Assembly: GCA_047495785.1 (NCBI GenBank)
Contig: JBLDXI010000059.1
Span: 310,001-374,000, forward strand
Length of the DNA: 64,000 nucleotides
Source of the DNA: Lepidodermella squamata
Taxonomy: Eukaryota > Animalia > Gastrotricha
Reading direction: 5' to 3'
Under the pieces are notes generated by a model that had not been told where the DNA came from, ran no database searches, and was given only the letters and a program-made list of their open reading frames with translations. Both the position numbers and the translations under genes were made by a program. Positions 60,259-64,000 of this stretch are shown here, piece by piece. Within the stretch, counting starts at the first letter, position 1, and the number at the start of each line of letters is the position of its first letter.

Positions 60259-60389
60259 CCCAGACCGGCATCTACAGAGCCGAACAAATCGATTTCACGT
60301 TTTTAACAGCCGGACAACGACGAAAACGTTGTGTTCGGCTGTTAAAAACTTGAAATCACTTCGTTCGGCTGTGTCGATGCCGGTCTGGG
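60259..60389. mobile_element. ~130-bp foldback palindrome (mini-MITE)
   Basis: CCCAGACCGGCATC...GATGCCGGTCTGGG with arms pairing almost to the centre. Confidence 0.75.
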
Positions 60390-60411
60390 AAGCTTCAGGG
60401 GCGGACCATGA

Positions 60412-61893
60412 CATTATGTGACCACCTTTTATGCGGGAAACAACGCCGTCTCCTATTGGTTCATTCAAATACTACGCGGGCGATTCAAATGATCATTTTT
60501 CATTAGAAAAAAGGCTTGGCAACCATATAGCGCTACACTATCTGGACAAAAAGATTGGCACACTGCTTAAAAACACGCGTTTAAGCTATTTTATTGGCCT
60601 AATTCGTTTATATTTAGCCTAAAACCAACTCAAATGAGTGAAATCGATGGACAAAGTGAAAAAGAGTCAATGTAAGCATGGAAAGTCAACCGAGGCCCTA
60701 ATAATTGATGGGCGCGCCCTTGGATTGGATGACCATCTGACAGCGGTTGGGCATGGATTGGTACAGGTTTTCGATGATTTCTTGACCAATAGCGTCCCAT
60801 TCCTCTTCGACGGCCATTTCAAGGTCATCCAGCGAGACTGGCTGTGGAACGCGCTGACGTAGACGCTGTTTCATCACCGCCCAAACATTTTCAATGGGGT
60901 TCAAGTCGGGAGAATAGGCGGGCCAGCTCTTCAAACGTCGCACGCGGTTGCGATTCAGCCAAGCTGTCACGGTTTTGGCGCGGTGAATGGGTGCATTGTC
61001 GTCCATGAATGTTTTCGTGTTGGTTCTTCGTTGAATGCCGGCCGCCGTCAAGATCTGAATGTACTGATTGGCATTGATGCGCCCTTCATCACTTTCTTCC
61101 AGTCTTCGACCGACCAATCCCGGTGTTCTTTGGCCCACTTCAAACGCTTGGATCGATCGGCAGCCGACAAAGCAAGTTTCTTAGCGGCAACTTTGCGCTT
61201 GAAACCGACCGCCTTCAACCGACGAGTTACTGTCTTGGGCGAAATGCGCCTCCTAGGGCTCAGGGTAACGTTAAATGAGGCTAAATAGGGAAGGAATGGA
61301 GCCCAGAGCTTGGAAATGGTCACATCGGGAACCTACCGACCAGCTTTGGAGTCGACATTCTTCTGCTCGACCGCGCCTCTCGGGCTAGTCGACGTAGTCG
61401 AGTCAGTCAACTTCTTGGGACGGCCAGGGCTGGTTCGGCCCTTTATTACCTTACGTTTCTCAAACATTTCAACGATTCTATAGACTGTACGCTTAGGCAA
61501 TCCAAGCCTTTCGGCAATGAAAGGGCATGAAATGCCACCCTCTCGCATACCGATGATTCGGGCTCGAATAGTGGGTGTGTGCATGGTGGATGAATGAATT
61601 CATGTCTAAACTTGAGGTCTATTAAGGACGTGATGGCGCGAAAACAATTTGTGGCATCATAAGTTCCTAGAGCGCGCGAAAGCAACATATGGTCAATTTT
61701 TCACTTATTTTCGCCTTGTGCCAATCTTTTTGTCCAGATAGTGTATATGGCGCTATTTTATCGAAAACGCATGCCAATTGTTGTAAAAACGATCATTTTC
61801 CACAAAATACAACTGTTTGAATCGCCCGCGTAGTATTTGAATGAACCAATAGGAGACGGCGTTGTTTCCCGCCTAAAAAGTGGTCACATAATG
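60412..61893. mobile_element. TIR MITE hosting the nested Tc1
   Basis: ~78-bp TIR CATTATGTGACCAC...GGGCGATTCAAA at both ends; TSD not recognised. Confidence 0.8.
60536..61743 (-). mobile_element. Tc1-family transposon, internally deleted and frameshifted transposase (61584..60698)
   Basis: 27-bp TIR CACTATCTGGACAAAAAGATTGGCACA, TA TSD; HTH and GRPKKLT; RLKWAKEH.DW; DDNAPIH...WPAYSPDLNPIENVW. Confidence 0.95.
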
Positions 61894-62289
61894 GAGGCTT
61901 TTATGAGGTAATAGCTGCGTAGATCTTCCATGGGCAGTGCGGTCATACCTTGGAGGACACGGAGTAATGACTCGCCTACTAGATAGATCGTATCGAGCAC
62001 GATGAGGGCGCGCGCGAGAAGAGGAAACAAAGCACGTGGGTACCATGTTTTTCGTTAATTTTCATGATATTGAGCTGTGCTTTGGAATTTAGATAGTAGA
62101 AAACGATGTCAAAAGAGGTGTCAAGGTACTTCCGCGCAATGGAACTTAAATCACACATTTTTCCGCACAGGTCAAGTTCTGCACAAGTTTATTTCCGCAC
62201 ATTTTTATTGCCATCGCTATTGCCTTGAAATGTATCCTCGATTAATTACTAATTAGTCCACTAATATGTAAAATATGGTTAATTAGCAG

Positions 62290-63140
62290 CAAAAACGGCT
62301 TCGACTTCTTCGATCGCCTCAACCCAGCCATCATCGGTCATTGCAGCCTGCGCCCGAGCAGCGGCGATGTCCCAATCTTCGTCGAGTCGGGTAGGACCTC
62401 CTTGATGTCGGCCACGCTTTAGCTCGCAGAATCGAGAAAGGCCATGAAGTCTAATTCGCCCGAATCTAGTTGATCGAATAGGCTGTTGAGGCAGTCGGGA
62501 ACACGAATGTAGCTAGGCGGCGACGGACTTTCGGCGGTTTATTTAGGTTCGCTCGGGTGATTTGCTCTTCACGAATGAGGAGTTCTGATAGGCGCCAAAT
62601 GCCGAGGTGAATGCCATTAGCCAGCGTTTGAATGCGGTAGTTCCAACCTTGGGAATTTTCAAATTAGTAGGCGAAAATGTATGAAAAAAATCGTCTACCT
62701 TCGACGAAATTATTCGTTCGAATATCTTCACGATGAACGTTCCACACAGCGATGCCAATTTTCTCAATCCAGAAGTCTTCAAAATACCCTAGAAACAGTT
62801 TCAGGTTCGGGTCAGCATTAGCAGGAACCGTCAACTTGATCTGCTCAGCCGGAACAACCAAGGTCTGTGGAAGCAAGGCGAGACACATAGTGCGCCTAAC
62901 AACTCGCCGAACTAAAGAGCCATTTACCCCATACTCTGTCTTCAAGCCGTGGTTGTTTACCCATCGAAGTGAAATTGCTGCTTGAAGTGAAATTAACAGC
63001 CTTTGATCGCGACGTCATCGAATTTGACTCTGATAGCTGCAAGAAGGCCGGTTTCAACATCGCAGGTGATCTTAGGAACTCAGCGGCATGTTAACCAGGT
63101 CACTAATCTCCTTCTTGAGAACATCGAAAACTGCGCAGTA
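62290..63140 (-). mobile_element. MULE-type transposase remnant
   Basis: ITCDVE; LALLP...FLGYFEDFWI...WNVH...RTNNFVEG motifs, frameshifted. Confidence 0.7.
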
Positions 63141-63144
63141 CAAG

Positions 63145-63795
63145 TCAAACGACTAGAGCGACATTAAAACGTAGATTCGTCTTTCGTATAAAGTTCGCAG
63201 AATTTTTTAATTTAATCTTTAATTTCACCTGTGCAAAAAACTGCATCATCATCATCATCATAAGCGCGTGCTGTTGAGGCTGTTGTTTTTGAAGTTGCAC
63301 CTGTGGTTGAACTGGAGGTAGCCATTGTTGGGCTAGCGGCTGAGGTATCACTGGCTGCTGAGGTTGCTCCTGCGGCTCCAGCGACGGCGTTTGGGGCAGA
63401 AAAGGATTAGGCTCTTCTATTGGTTGTGGTGGCCATGGTGGAGGCGATGCGAGACGTTCGTCGTCACCCTCGGCCATCGGCGGCAGATTCAGATTTTCGA
63501 GCTGAGTCAAGACAGCATTATTTTCGGCAACAATACCAGGGGCTTCGACTGCAACAGCCGCGGGGGCAGGTGGAGGTGGGAACAATTCCTCTTCGGCAAG
63601 GCCCGGAATGTCGAGCACGGCGTTCAAATCGACTAGCACATGCAGTGGTTGGTCCGCGAACTCAAGCGGTGGTGGTGGTGGTACATCTGCGACTGCTGGC
63701 ACTGCCACATCAGCCTTCTGTTTGGCTCGACGTGTTCTTGGGGGTAGAGCGTAAACATCTTTAATCTGTTTGTTGGATCTCAATGAGCGCGACAT
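63145..63795 (-). CDS. Pro/Gln/Glu-rich ORF, possibly first exon (donor ~63228) of the MULE-associated gene
   Basis: ATG ORF of 216 aa upstream of and co-oriented with the MULE remnant; no domain recognised. Confidence 0.35.
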   Translation of the reverse strand: MSRSLRSNKQIKDVYALPPRTRRAKQKADVAVPAVADVPPPPPLEFADQPLHVLVDLNAVLDIPGLAEEELFPPPPAPAAVAVEAPGIVAENNAVLTQLENLNLPPMAEGDDERLASPPPWPPQPIEEPNPFLPQTPSLEPQEQPQQPVIPQPLAQQWLPPVQPQVQLQKQQPQQHALMMMMMMQFFAQVKLKIKLKNSANFIRKTNLRFNVALVV

Positions 63796-64000
63796 GGTTA
63801 ATTAGACGATGTAGAATATGATAGACTGATATACTGGTTACGACTTCAACAACTTCAATTGTGCGGATCTTATTTCCCGCTGGCGGTCTATTTGGATTGT
63901 TAGCCATGTTTAGCATTAATTTATTTATTCAGTTTATCCCTCTTTTTGTCTCAAGTGCTTGGACGAGCGTCGATTCACTTCGGGCTAATCTCTATGAGCG

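Noticed and set aside
61949-63996. Possible P-like element bounded by CTTGGAGGA and ATCTCTATG
   Set aside because: The ends belong to different TIR types, no TSD can be checked, and the interior is MULE-like.

Overview
Eukaryotic, intron-containing, transposon-dense invertebrate DNA. Short AT-rich introns with TTTTCAG-like acceptors are compatible with a nematode, but this is not proven. Host genes: a 3-exon class A GPCR (5.9-7.9 kb), a 2-exon tandem astacin with one active and one catalytically dead domain (8.1-9.9 kb), a 9-exon WDR26/GID7 orthologue (23.9-32.2 kb, minus) and a signal-peptide CULT/cereblon-domain gene (55.1-55.6 kb). Most of the rest is mobile DNA: a P-element-type transposase with an intron, a decayed Ty3/Gypsy element with an env-like ORF, a stand-alone LINE-type gag ORF, Tc1, pogo and MULE remnants, and many MITEs. 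The main finding is a ~15 kb Helitron2/Helentron-like element (39.2-54.0 kb, minus). Its reconstructed coding region is USP deubiquitinase (catalytic motifs intact) - acidic linker - HUH Rep - PIF1 helicase - catalytically dead USP. After removing two later insertions the helicase reads in frame into the dead USP. A broken OTU deubiquitinase gene lies upstream on the same strand. There are also ~30-bp palindromes flanked by 8-bp duplications that match the P-element end and look like P-type excision footprints. All calls come from manual motif reading; no database searches were run.
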